From Octopus sinensis (taxonomy: Eukaryota), in NCBI RefSeq assembly GCF_006345805.1, contig NC_043000.1, positions 157,108,001 to 157,172,000 on the forward strand: DNA of 64,000 nucleotides, given 5' to 3'. Position numbers and translations under genes: made by a program. Under the pieces are notes generated by a model, which saw nothing but the letters and a program-made list of their open reading frames with translations, was not told the origin of the DNA and did no database searches. Of this stretch, positions 36,135 to 48,789 are shown piece after piece. Position 1 is the first letter of the stretch; each line of letters begins with the position of its first letter.

Positions 36135-36395
36135 CGTAATGAGATAAAAAAACCAAGGCTGAGTAGATTTTAGAACATTTATAGATAGAAGGTCTTACAG
36201 CTGTTTCCAGGATATTTATTAATTATATCCCTTCATCGGAGACGGTGTGAGAGAATATATACACACGCTGACATGTGACCAACGATGAACCCCTTATTCG
36301 CAAAATTACCGAACTAGGAACCTAACTATGGCCTGTCTATAGCACTTATTCGGCATTACCTGACACCTTTGGGTCTCAATGACACCATTACCTCT
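36134..36395 (-). mobile_element. Penelope-like pseudo-LTR fragment between TA microsatellites
   Basis: Carries a minimal hammerhead motif of the kind known from Penelope pLTRs; boundaries are approximate. Confidence 0.55.
36192..36243 (-). ncRNA. Minimal type I hammerhead ribozyme motif (decayed)
   Basis: Minus strand GTCT-CCGATGA-A-GGGATA..TATCCT-G-GAAAC-AGCT-GTA|AGAC: stem I GTCT/AGAC, palindromic stem III ACAGCTGT, U4-to-C core change. Confidence 0.7.
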
Positions 36396-36474
36396 CATAA
36401 CCTCTCTCTCTCTATATATATATATGTATGTATGTATATATATAATATATATATATATAATATATATATATTAT

Positions 36475-36534
<60 letters not shown>

Positions 36535-36538
<4 letters not shown>

Positions 36539-36831
36539 GTTTAGTAGTTTGAGTATTCAGCTCAAGCTCGTCACATCGTGAGTTCGAAACCCAGTGTCGT
36601 GTGGTGTCCTTGAGCAAGACATTTTATTTCACGCTGCTCCAGTCTACTCAGGTGGCAAAAATGACTAGTACCTGTATTTCAAAGGCCTTGTCAGATTTTG
36701 TGTTACGCTGATTCTACTTTAAGGATACGAGTGTCTGTGGAATGCTAAACCACTTACACGTTAATTTCACGAGCAGGCTGTTCTGTTGATCGTGTCAGCT
36801 GGAACCCCCATCGTCGTAATCGACAGTGCCA
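36535..36831 (+). mobile_element. Older SINE: alternative head (CTTGAGCAAGACA...CAGTCTACTCAG module) plus SINE-C 3' module
   Basis: From GTACCTGTATTTCAAAG onward it matches SINE-C through the terminal CGTCG-TAAT-CGAC hairpin. Confidence 0.75.
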
Positions 36832-36914
36832 GTTGACGCACATACCCATCAACTTACCTACCTATTTCCATACATACATTCATGTATATATGTATATGGC
36901 TGTGTGTATATATG

Positions 36915-37347
36915 TTTTTTATCTTTTATCTTTAATTTCAACCATTAGACTACGGCCATGCTGGGGCACCGCCTTGAAGAACTTTAGTCGAATGTATCGA
37001 CTTCAGTACTTATTTCTTTTGTAAAGCCTGATACTTATTCTATCGTGTTCCTTTACCGAAACATTAAATTACGGGGACGTAAATACACCAACACCAGATG
37101 CCAAGCGATGGTGCAGGACAAACACATGCACTAAGACACACATACGCACATACAAACATACACACATACACACACACATACACACACAGATATATCTGTG
37201 TGTGTGTATACATGAGGCTTCCTTCAGTTTCCATCTACCATATTCACTCACAAGGCTTTGGTCACCCCGAAACACTTGCCCAAGGTGCCATGCCGTGGGA
37301 CTGAACCCCGAACCAGGGGCCTGGGAAGCAAGCTTCTTACCACACAG
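36915..37347 (-). mobile_element. SINE-A, older copy
   Basis: Degenerate head, body and tail. Confidence 0.85.
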
Positions 37348-38653
37348 TAGGTGAGAGAGGATCCGGGAATTCATTATAAAATCTGTATTATATAACTATA
37401 TAATCGATATGATTGCATCATTACTCTCTTACATGTCTTCGCGCATGTTATAATGATTTGTCACCTATACGTTTTTGACACAAATGTAAACCGTGGTATA
37501 AATGGAATTCTAACAAATCAATTCTTCATTGAGTATCGGTCCCACATCGGGATGGTTCTGTTGCTACGCACTCTGATATCCTCGAAGCTATCAGAGAGAC
37601 GTTACTCAGTAACACCCTGCACTCTCTGGACCGACAGAGGTGCTGCCTTTTCCCCGTGCTTTTCCTATTGCAATTAGAATGGCCTCTCTTAGCTGACCCA
37701 TGCCTCCTCCACTTAGGCTCTCTGGTCTCGTTCACCTTTTCTTTTCTGATTATCCACATTGTGGATAATGTCTTGCATCATCCCTAGAACTGTGCCTCTT
37801 TCTTTCTTTCTTTCTTTCCGTAACATTAATCCACTGGTATTTCCTTCCATGTGGATGCCTTTCCTGCAAACGTAGATTTGCAACTGTTAAAGCGAAATCT
37901 TAAAATCAACCTCACCATTCTCCGAAAGCCTGTGAAGACCAGGCCAGGGCACAAACCTTTCCTTCAAACTAAACTGATAAAACTAAAAGCACATGACAAA
38001 TGTCATCTGCTTTTTATGGTGACATTTGTCATGGTTGTTCCTCTGTAGCATAATAAGTGAATATATCTTTTAGCTCAAAATTGCTAAACCACATTTAGAT
38101 GTTCTGAATGTTTGTAACAGAACAGGCATTGCTAAAGGCACCTATTTTCCAAATAGTTTGCGTTAAAATGGATGACAGATTAAATCTACCACCCAAAAAC
38201 ACGGTTGGCTTCCTATCTGCAAAATTCACTGATAGAGCTTTGTCGAATTCAGCTATGGTAGAACATACTTCACCGAAGTGCTGCACAACGGGATAGAATA
38301 TGAAATATGGTTGTTATGAAGCGAATTTCTTAACTACGTTATATAAAACCTTATCATAATTTTGTTTACAATTCCATTGAGACTTATTTTTCTTAAGTGT
38401 GGCAGCATGTAAATCAAGATAAGCGATCTTTGATGATTCTTTTATGAAACTAGTCGCTTTGAACATTATTTCTACTTATCATTGTGGTTAATCACCTCCT
38501 TCCATTTTATCAATGAAACACATGTTATTGAACATAATGTATACGAATTCTGTATAGATATATACAACCACGTGGCATTGGTATTCATAATTAGAACTGG
38601 TTTTTCTTGTATTGTGTGTACTTTTGCAGAATTAATATACATTATGTTTAATA

Positions 38654-38698
<45 letters not shown>

Positions 38699-39124
38699 AG
38701 AGAGAGTGAGAGGGGGAGAGGGAGAGTAGAAATATAAAAAAATATATGAAAGGAGCAAAAATACTGGAGATTCAGTATACAACACGTGGCAAAATTATGA
38801 GTTGAAGATATGTGGAAAACATATATAAAAAGTGGAAGAGAAATGCCTTCGTTTCAAATAGTTTAATATCTTTTTATAAAGAAATGTTTTAAAATATATA
38901 CATATTTCATGAATGTAGTGATATCCATCCGGTTTTCGCTATTTAAATTAGCTTTTCAAGGGGCATTTTGAAGTAAGCAATTCTTGTGACAAAGGGGTCT
39001 CGCCATTTTGGATTCTTGAAAAATAAGAATGAAACTAGAGAGTGGACTAAGGGAGGCAACAGGTGGCGGGGGGCAACTAACCCTGAGTATAATTTTTGAA
39101 GTGGTCAAGTTTGTATATTAAGGT

Positions 39125-39893
39125 ATGGTCTATCCTTTTGTATTTACAGGTTTTTCTTGTTTAGGCGTTCTTGTAAGGAGATTGAATCTTTGCATTGGTA
39201 TAATGGAAAAATATGGAAATTCGGCGTTTTATTCCTCGCGCATCTGTCGATATGTTCGCTCAGGGTTATCTGCCTGTATAGAGGAAAACGAATCTGTTCT
39301 TTATGCAGCGTTTGGCCCACATAATTGTGGCCTCAACCTGAGCAGGTTAGGACAGAGATAAGGTTCTGAGAAACACACGTGAATTTGGTCTTATTTGAGA
39401 ATTCTTCTCCTTGCTGGAACGTGAATTCCGAGCCTTCAGTTAGGTATGGGCATGTACCACAATTAGGTCGTCTGCATTTTTTAATTGTTGGTATCGTATG
39501 TATTGAGTATAGTTTTGAATTTGTTCGGAGTCTCTTGAACGATTTGTGTTGTCTTTTGCATTTGAGGAGTTTATGCGTATTTACGATGTTGTTCTTTTTC
39601 GGGTCTTGAGTGAGCAGAGGGAGATTTTGCATAATTATGTTGTATGCTTCATTGTTTCTGGAGTTGTGGGTTGATATGTATGGGAGTGATTTAAAGTGAG
39701 CTGTGGTGTCCAATTTCTTGGCACGTTCAATTTCATGGTCTATAAGTGTGGGTGGGTATTGACGTTCAATGAGTGTTATTTTGAGGTCTTGTAGGGAAAG
39801 TTCCCGAGTGGTTGTGTTAGATACAATTGTACAGATTATTTTAGCTAGATTGTTCGGGATAGTTATTTTGGTGTGATTGGGATGAACTGAAAA
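39125..39893 (-). pseudogene. Penelope-like element fragment: RT thumb/linker and start of GIY-YIG endonuclease
   Basis: L...LIERQYPPTLIDHEIERAK...LPYISTHN...KCRRPNCGTCPY...FTCVSQNLISVLTCSGC pattern, frameshifted downstream. Confidence 0.85.
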
Positions 39894-39915
39894 GTATATA
39901 CATACATACATACAT

Positions 39916-40004
<89 letters not shown>

Positions 40005-40015
40005 GTGTATACATA

Positions 40016-40797
40016 CGTGGTCTGATCAAGAACGAAGCTAAAGCACGCAAAGTAAAGCCGTTTGGCACAGATTGATCTTGAACTCTGTTGTGCATGCGCA
40101 CTACGTTTTAACGTTCTAACTCACTTCCGCTGGTTACAGCAGTGCTTGCAAGGAACGTGTGTGGCGTATTGACCAAGAATCTGCATCAAATTTTGCCTAA
40201 AGCTTTGTGATACCTGCTCAGAGGCCTCCGAAAACTTGCAGAAAGGAGTACATGAGCTGAAAAGATATCGATCGTGACAAACGTTCTGGGTGCCTCACAA
40301 CCAGAACTGAGAAAAACATCGCAAATGTGCGTGCAGCTGTGATAGGAAATCGGCGAATCACTATCCAGAATTATCAGCGGATGTGCAGATTAGTTACGGT
40401 TCGGTTCAGTCCATTATTACTGAAGTTTTGGGTAGAGAGACGCGTGTCTACAAGTTTGTGCCAAACTGCTTTCAGCTGACAACACAACTGCCCATTCAGC
40501 GCAGATTGTGCAGCAGTGTTTGGCTAGGCACAGCATTCCCCAGGTCCGACAGCCTCTGTATTCCCCAGATCTCGCCCCTTGTGACTTTTTCTTCTTTCCA
40601 AAAATCAAATCCCGCTTGAAAGGAAGAAGATTTCAGGACGTCGAGGGAATGCGACGAGACAGCTGCTGATTATCCCAGAAAGCGAGTTCCATGTGTGGCT
40701 TCCGAAGGGGACTAATTTGAAAGCGACTGAATGTCAAATAGGTATGTGTTGTTTTGTTTTTATAGCATCTACCCCGATACTTATTGATCACACCTCG
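40016..40797 (+). mobile_element. Internally deleted mariner transposon
   Basis: TA on both flanks; imperfect TIRs CGTGGTCTGATCAA / TTGATCACACCTCG; transposase remnant YSPDLAPCDFFFFPKIKSRLKGRRFQDVE at about 40559-40645. Confidence 0.92.
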
Positions 40798-40813
40798 TAT
40801 ATATATATATATA

Positions 40814-41100
40814 TAAAGTCCCCCTTCGGTCATGAACGACCATGCGATTGCAACTAGAAAGTTACTCTCCAAGGCACAAGTCCGGGCAAGGTTGTTTAAG
40901 GAAGACCAGTAGTCACCTATACATACCAGCCTGCCCTCTCCACGCCTCTAATGTTATCTAAGGGAAAGGCAAAGGCCGATACAGCTGAGTGAACTGGCGC
41001 AATGAGAAATAAAGTGTCTTGCTCAAGAACACAACTCACTGCCCGGTCCTGGAATCGAACTCACTGTCTCATGATTGTGAATCCGACACTCAAACTTTAG
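40814..41100 (-). mobile_element. Older SINE: alternative head plus a third tail type (...CATGGTCGTTCATGACCGAAGGGGGACTTTA)
   Basis: B-box GAGTTCGATTCC and the module CTTGAGCAAGACACTTTATTTC shared with 36535 and 60831. Confidence 0.7.
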
Positions 41101-41961
41101 ATTCAACGCCTGCAGATAATAAATCGGATTTTAATATAAATCTTTTACTTTATGAGGCAGCTGGAACGAGTGTACACAAAGGTCATATGTACTCTAATTC
41201 AGTTATAAGCTGTTGGCTTTTAGAATTGTACACTCTGATCTAAGTACTAGGAGTTGTCCCTGACATGTGTTCAGTATTATATACATCCACCGTTCTACGT
41301 CTTAGATTGATATATTCCATATTCTATGCACAACAGACATTTTGTTTCGTTCTTAAGTAGCAAGTCGCGATGTCGTCTGCAGTGTCTCGGTTTGTCTGGC
41401 GTCAAGCAATTATTTACTAGACCAACAGGGAATGCTAACGGCAATAGACTGGAATCATGTTCAGGGAGAAACCGTTCATCAACTCGCTTTACGTCATGAA
41501 ACTGTTGCTATGCAACAAACAGTTCTCTAATTCTCTCATAAGGCGTAGTTGACATTTGCATTCAGCTACTTTCTTCTATCATATATGGACATTTATCTTG
41601 GCCGAATTCCATCTCCTTATTTTGAGTGAATGTAAAAGCAGAAGTAATTAGACCAAATTGATTCTAAATATCAAAAATGTTATTAATACCAAATGCTCGA
41701 GTCTATTAACTATGGAGTTATTAACTGCAGTTTTACATGCAGTACTTTCATGTTTAGCCAAATATATTTCCTTTAATACTTGTTAATGCTTCTTAGCATA
41801 AAGGACACTCTCTCGAATAAGCAATACAAAATGCAAGTTATTCATTTACGTGCTGATATTCACACACACGCACACACATACATACACACATTAAGAATGT
41901 TTCGTGTTCTGTATTCGTAGTGGCATTTCACCATGCATTCAATAATCAATATTACTTTCCT

Positions 41962-42419
41962 CATATAGTATTTTGAATTTGGAATGAATTCTCATCGCTG
42001 ATGATGGGTTACTACTCAGAAACCCGGGTCTGTGTGTATCACGTAGGGCTAGAGATGGGAACGATGATTTCCCTTCGCAAATACTAATCAGACACTGACA
42101 GTGTGTCGTTAGACAGCTGGAGGAGATGTCTTCTTGGGGTCTATAAACAACAGTAGCATTGTCCCCTATGGGTCCGCCAAATTTAGGTAGCAAATATACT
42201 TCAAGATTCCGTGCTGCTACTGTTTACTTCTCGCTCAGAGATTTATTATTGCTTGTTTCTCTCTTTTCGGATCAGCGTCAGTTTGTTACTGGAACAAGCA
42301 TATAGTATTTTGCGTTTGTAATGAGTTCCCATCGCTAATAGGTGATTGTTATACGCTGATGACGAGTTACTACTCAGAAACCCGGGTCTGTGTGTATCAC
42401 GTAAGGCTTAAGATGGGAA
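41962..42419 (+). mobile_element. Retrozyme-like element: 1.3 tandem units with two type I hammerhead motifs, 358-nt monomer
   Basis: Direct repeats at 41962-42060 and 42299-42419, each with CTGATGA-stem II-GAAAC-CCGG-GTC (cores at 41998 and 42356; predicted cuts after 42030 and 42388). Nested complementarity across the monomer. Confidence 0.8.
42342..42400 (+). ncRNA. Type I hammerhead ribozyme motif with extended bulged stem I
   Basis: GTGAT-TGT-TATACG|CTGATGA|C-GAGT-TACT-ACTC-A|GAAAC-CCGG-GTC|TGTGTG-T-ATCAC; palindromic stem III ACCCGGGT. Confidence 0.8.
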
Positions 42420-42708
42420 TGTATGTATGTATGTATGTATGTATGTATGTATGTATGTATGTATGTATGTATGTATGTATGTATGTATGTATGTATGTAT
42501 GTATGTATGTATGTATGTATGTATGTATGTATGTATGTATGTATGTATGTATGTATGTATGTATGTATGTATGTATGTATGTATGTATGTATGTATGTAT
42601 GTATGTATGTATGTATGTATGTATGTATGTATGTATGTATGTATGTATGTATGTATGTATGTATGTATGTATGTATGTATGTATGTATGTATGTATGTAT
42701 GTATGTAT
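42420..42708. repeat. Uninterrupted (TATG)n, about 72 units
   Basis: Directly visible. Confidence 0.98.
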
Positions 42709-42754
42709 AGTACTGTTTTTGTATATCTTACCCTCATGGAACAGTACATTATAT

Positions 42755-45331
42755 ATATATGGATTTCAACCTCCCTTATGACGAATGGATTGAGGGCTGC
42801 ATCCTCTCAGGTATGCCATTGCGCGGCCTGAGGCTTGCAGAATCTCTACTTGACCTCACTAACATGCTTTTATGGAGCAAATAGTGCTCCACCCAACAAG
42901 GAGGGAAATGTTCTAGACCTCTGCTTCACAAACAGCACGGCGCTCTCCCATAATGTTAAGGTGACACCGACGATTTTTATTGAACCATAACTTTATAGAA
43001 CTAACAATGTATGATCCATAGAGTACTACAGACATGCAGGCTACTAGAAGCATCCAACTTCTCTCCAGCTTGAATTTCCACAAGCTGATTGGAAAGGTAT
43101 CGGGAAAGAGGTCATGGAACAAAACTGGTTTTCCAGTCTCTCTACGAAAGATATTGACATAAAACTACAACATTCTATGACAATCATGCGTGACGTGTGG
43201 AGTAAGTTTGCTCCGGAGAGAATGCCAAGATAGCAGAAAGATATAATACCCGGGGATAGGAGGATTCTAATGAGACGACGAGCAAAAATCTCAAATCGTC
43301 TAAATGGGCCACTAAAGGATAAAAGAAAAAACCAAACATTGCTCGAGATCGAACATGAACTCAAACATTTCCATGAAAAGGAGAGAGCAGAAAAGGAAGC
43401 CAGGGCTATCAAAAATATTAAAGCAAACTTTAAAGCCTTCTATAGATATGAAAAAGAGTCTACTTCAGTACGGTACGAAATAAGGCCACCATTCGAAGAA
43501 AATGGCTTGCCGACTGCAGACCCCCCAGAGGATCAGTGAAATACTGAACGTGCAATACAAGAGTGTTTTCACAACTTCACTGGGACACTTGCACGTAGCT
43601 ATGCCTGATGAGTTCATTGGCTTCACAGCTCTACACAACGGAATGGCAATTATTGACAGCATCAAAATAGAAGAAACTGATGTGATATCAGCCATTGATG
43701 AAATGGGCTCAAACTCTGCCACCATAGGCTCTGATGGATTCCCAGCAATCATCTTAAAGAAATGCAAGGGGGCTCTAGAAAGAGCTCTTCAAATTCTCTT
43801 CCAGAGCTTCCTCACAACTGGGAGATCACGAAACGTTAAAGGAAGGCATAAAATACCCTATTCATAAGGGAGGTAGCAGAACGGATGCTAACAATTAAAG
43901 ACTTGTCTCTCTCTCTAACCTCCAATGTCAACAAATTTATGGGGAACATTGTCGAGAAGAAACTAATTGCGTTCCTTGAATATAATGACTTGCTTCCTGA
44001 CACCCAGCATGGCTTTCACCCAGGAAGAAGCTGCTTTACACAGCTTTTGCAGCACTATGGCAGCATATTGAAACAATTAATGAACCGCTCAAACCTGGAT
44101 GCGGTATATCTCGACTTAGCAAAGGTCTTTGATAAGGTTGATCATGGGATGATAACTCACAAACTACGGTAATTCGGCATAACAGGGGGTTGTTGCATGA
44201 CTTCGTAAAAGACAAAAGTCAGGCGGTAGCAGCCAGCGGAGCCCTCTCCAAGGAGACGGTAATAGAAAGTGGAGTGCCTCAGGGAACTGTATTGGGGCCG
44301 CTGCTGTTCATGGTGGATCTTTCAGACATGCCATCAGTTACACAAACTGCAACACTTACTAGCTATACCGACGACGCAAAAGTTGTGCCAGCATTCAAGG
44401 AATCTGCTGATGCTAATCTTTTACAGAGAGACCTAGATGCCATATATAAATGGGCTGAGGACAACAACATGTAATTCAATGCAGACGAATTCCTAGCAAT
44501 TCGCTACCAGCTGATTGGGGCTCAGAAGTCGCAACAACGATACTTTGGAACGAAAGGAGCGGCAATCCCAGAATCACAAACGGTACGTGATCTTGGGATT
44601 GATACGAGCAACGGTGCCTCGTTTCAAATGCATATCCCCACGATGGTGGCAGTGTGCAGGCGAATGGCCAGATGGATTCTGAGAACCTTCAGAACAAGGG
44701 ACCAGTAAAGTATGCTGGTCCTATGGAGGACATTTGTCCTCAGCCGTCTGAACTACTGCACTCAACTACAGTGTCGGATTAATAGTGGAACTTGAGGCGG
44801 TTCGGCGATGTTACACGAGGGAGATTTCATCACAGGAATAGCTGAGGTAATGGGAAGGACTGAAAGAGCTACTTCCCGATGTGAAGACGGGAGGCTATGC
44901 AGTGATATATATGTGTGGAAGATACTGGAAGGGCTGGCACCAAACTTTGGAATCAAGGGTTATACCAGACCTCCAATTCGATGTCACTGCACTGTTCCAA
45001 ATTTCTCACATGTCTCATCTAAGTTGAGAACCATGTACTGCAATAGCTTGGGATTCAATGGCCCGCAGCTGTTTCACGCCTTGCCAAAACATCTGAGGGA
45101 TCTTTATGCAGTGGAGGTAGATATTTTCAAGAACCACCTCGAACTCTTGCTATCCAAGATCCCAGACGAACCAATATCAAGGCAGGAAACTCAGAAGAGA
45201 GCGGCAGTATCGAACTCCCTCCGCCAACAAAAGCCAATCCTATAGGACAGGCCAATAAAAGGTGATTACACTGCCGGTGCCCCAGCATGGCCACAACCTT
45301 AGGGCTGAAACATATAAAAGAATAAAAGAAT
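42755..45331 (+). mobile_element. Decayed, 5'-truncated CR1-type LINE with (ATAAAAGA)n tail
   Basis: DFNLP...NVLDLCFTN (APE), GSDGFP, QHGFHPGRSC, YLDLAKVFDKVDH, GVPQGTVLGP, YTDD (RT); many stops and frameshifts. Confidence 0.92.
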
Positions 45332-45476
45332 GTATATATTCATATAGCTTTATACACACACACACACACATAATATATATATAGGGAGGGAGAATTCACA
45401 AAAAAAACAAAAGAGGTAGACAGGTGGTGTAGAAAACAAACAGATGTATTAGTATAACGCTCTATATACATACATA

Positions 45477-45635
45477 GGCTCAGGAGTGGATGTGTGATAA
45501 GTAGCTTGCTTACCAACCACATGGTTCGTTCCCACGGCGTGTCACCTTCAGCAAATGTCTTCTACTATAGCCTCGGGCCGACAAATGCCTTGTGAGGGGG
45601 TTTGGTAGACGGAAACTGTAAGAAGTCTGTCGTAT
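45477..45635 (+). mobile_element. SINE-A 5' half
   Basis: Head and body match; runs into the (TA)n array. Confidence 0.85.
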
Positions 45636-45644
45636 ACGTACAAG

Positions 45645-46175
<531 letters not shown>

Positions 46176-47093
46176 AAATTAGAGATAAAACCACTATTAG
46201 GCAAATCACACAGTGAAAATCATAAGCCAATACATAGAAATAAAATTAATTAAAAAAAATATAAAAAATATAAAATATAAAATATAAAAATCCAATTTAA
46301 ATATTTAAATTAAAGTTAAAATTAAAAAAATTATTTAAATTAGTAATTTAAACTTATAGATTATAAATATATATATATTTTTATTATTATCTTATTTAAT
46401 TATTTATTTTCTAATTTTATTTATATTTTTTATTTTTTATTTTTTACGTATATATATATATACATACACACACTCACACACACACATAAAGAACAATTTA
46501 TTCGCAGAGTTGTTCGAAATCTGAGGTACTACTGTACATACACATATACATACATACATACATACATACATACATACATACATACATACACACACATACA
46601 TACATACATACATACATACATACGCACACATATGTACACCCACTCGAGCTTTTAAATAAAAGCATATGTTCATACATTTGTACTTTAACGTGACACAGTA
46701 ATCAAAGACACACTAAACAGCAGGATTGTCTCAGCCAATTGGTTAGTTGGTCTGTTGTTTTAGCTCGTGGCTAAAACCAGAACATATATTCATATATTCT
46801 AGGAAGCGTTTGTGTTGATACAGATAATATTTCTACTAAATGTCTCTGTGTCCAAATACGTGGACATTATTGTGAAACATGGTGCAAAGGTAACAGTTTG
46901 CTAAGCATATGTGCAACGTTTTACAAGACCTCCCCGTAGTGGTTTTTGGTTCCTTTCCGTTGTTTACACGCAAATATAATTATATATGCAGTGTTGATCG
47001 CGCAACTCAGATGTATTTGTCTGAGAAGTTTTCCAGTAAGGCTTGGGGACTGACCATTGCCTCTTTTACTGTGATCCTCCATCGTATTACTTT

Positions 47094-47515
47094 ACTGAGA
47101 TGGGCCGGTCACGTCTCCCGCATGTCCGACACTCGCATCCCAAAACAGCTCTTCTACGGTGAACTCAGCCAGGGCAAACGCAAAGTCGGAGGGCAGAAGA
47201 AGCGCTTCAAGGACAGTCTCAAAGTCTCTCTCAAAGACTTCTCCATCGGCACAGAGACTTGAGAGACACTTGCTGCCGACCGCTCATCCTGGCGCAGCGC
47301 AATCACCACAGGAGCAAAGACAGCCGAGGAGAGACGGATTCAGTGAGCAGAACAGAAACGCCAGAGCCACCTTCACCAATAGCACAGCCCCTACCCACTT
47401 CTGCCCCACCTGTGGGAGAGGCTTTCTTGCCCGGATTGGCCTCACATAGCAGCTCTCATAGCAGCAATTCCACCAAATGATGTCAATGGTCATCTTCGAA
47501 CCCGAAGGACGAACA
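47094..47515 (+). mobile_element. 3' end of an RTE-clade LINE
   Basis: [24 protein letters not shown]...[12 protein letters not shown]...CPTCGRGFLARIGL; 3' UTR hairpin CTTCG-AACC-CGAAG at 47494-47507. Confidence 0.92.
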
Positions 47516-47791
47516 TTATTACTTTACTGTTAAGTGTGTTGGACTTGAAGCTTCTGGAACATTCATACGTCCACAAACACACACGTATACACATGCACAT
47601 ATGCCGTTCAAGAATTTGGACCTGGAGATCTCCATTTCCAGCGACTTCGAGAGATACCTCCCAGTGGCGTCGGGCGTCAACGAAGAGCCCTCGACTACAA
47701 CAAGACGACCAAAGTTTCTTTTTCCAAGGTCTGGGGTCTCCTGCCCCTAAGTCCTAGACCATCACCCAATCCCCCTTACCTGTCTTGTTTG

Positions 47792-48020
47792 TTTCTTTAC
47801 TACCCACAAGGGGCTAAACATAGTGGGGACAAACAAGGACAAACAAACGAATTAAGTCGATTATATCAACCCCAGTGCGTAACTGGTACTTAATTTATCG
47901 ACCCCGAAATGATGAAAGGCAAAGTCGACGTCGGCGGAAGTTGAACTCAGAACGTAACGGCAGATGAAGTACGGCTATGCATTTCGCCCGGCGTGCTAAC
48001 GTTTCTGCCAGCTCGCCGCC
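47792..48020 (-). mobile_element. SINE-B, full length
   Basis: Complete from head to tail. Confidence 0.92.
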
Positions 48021-48366
48021 TTCTTGTTGCTTAACGACAACAACAACAACATGCACATATACGCAAGCATACACAGGCGACGGGGCGCTGTAGAGTTGTT
48101 GGCTTTGGGTAAAAATACAGGAGGATCAGTTAATTATGATTTTATCCAACAGATTCCCATTTCAGATGCACACACATTGCAGCGGTTCTTCAAGTTTTGT
48201 AAACCCTGAAAAAGAACTCGGAACGTTTGACCTGAAACCAGGTCCTTTGGGGTCACCCTTAAAGCCAGGAACTTTTCAGCACCTCATCGTACATATGTGC
48301 GATGTCGTGTACGAGTGAGAGCATATAAAGACCGGTCGTTGTAATGCACAATGCAGAGCAAAATCT

Positions 48367-48543
48367 ATGGCGTGACTGTGTGATAAGAAGCTTGCTTCCC
48401 AACCACGTGGCTCGGATTTCAGTCCAACTGCGTGGCATCTTAGGCAAGTGTTTTCTACTATAGCCTCGGGGCGACCAAAACCCTGAAAGTGGTTTTAGTG
48501 GACTGAAACTGAAAGAAGCTCGTCGTGTATATGTATGTATGTA

Positions 48544-48576
<33 letters not shown>

Positions 48577-48789
48577 CCCTCCTCCCACTTGACAACTGGT
48601 GTTGGTGCTTGTGTGTTTACATCCCCGTAACTTAACGGTTCGGCAAAAGAGACCGATAGGATAAGTACCTTGCTTATATAAAAAGAAAGAAAAAATTACA
48701 GGGGTCGTTACATTCGACTAAAAATTCTCGATGGCAGTGTCCAGCATGGCCGTAGTCTACTGAGTGAGACAAGTAAAAGATAAAAGATA
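48367..48789 (+). mobile_element. SINE-A, older copy
   Basis: Degenerate full-length match. Confidence 0.85.
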
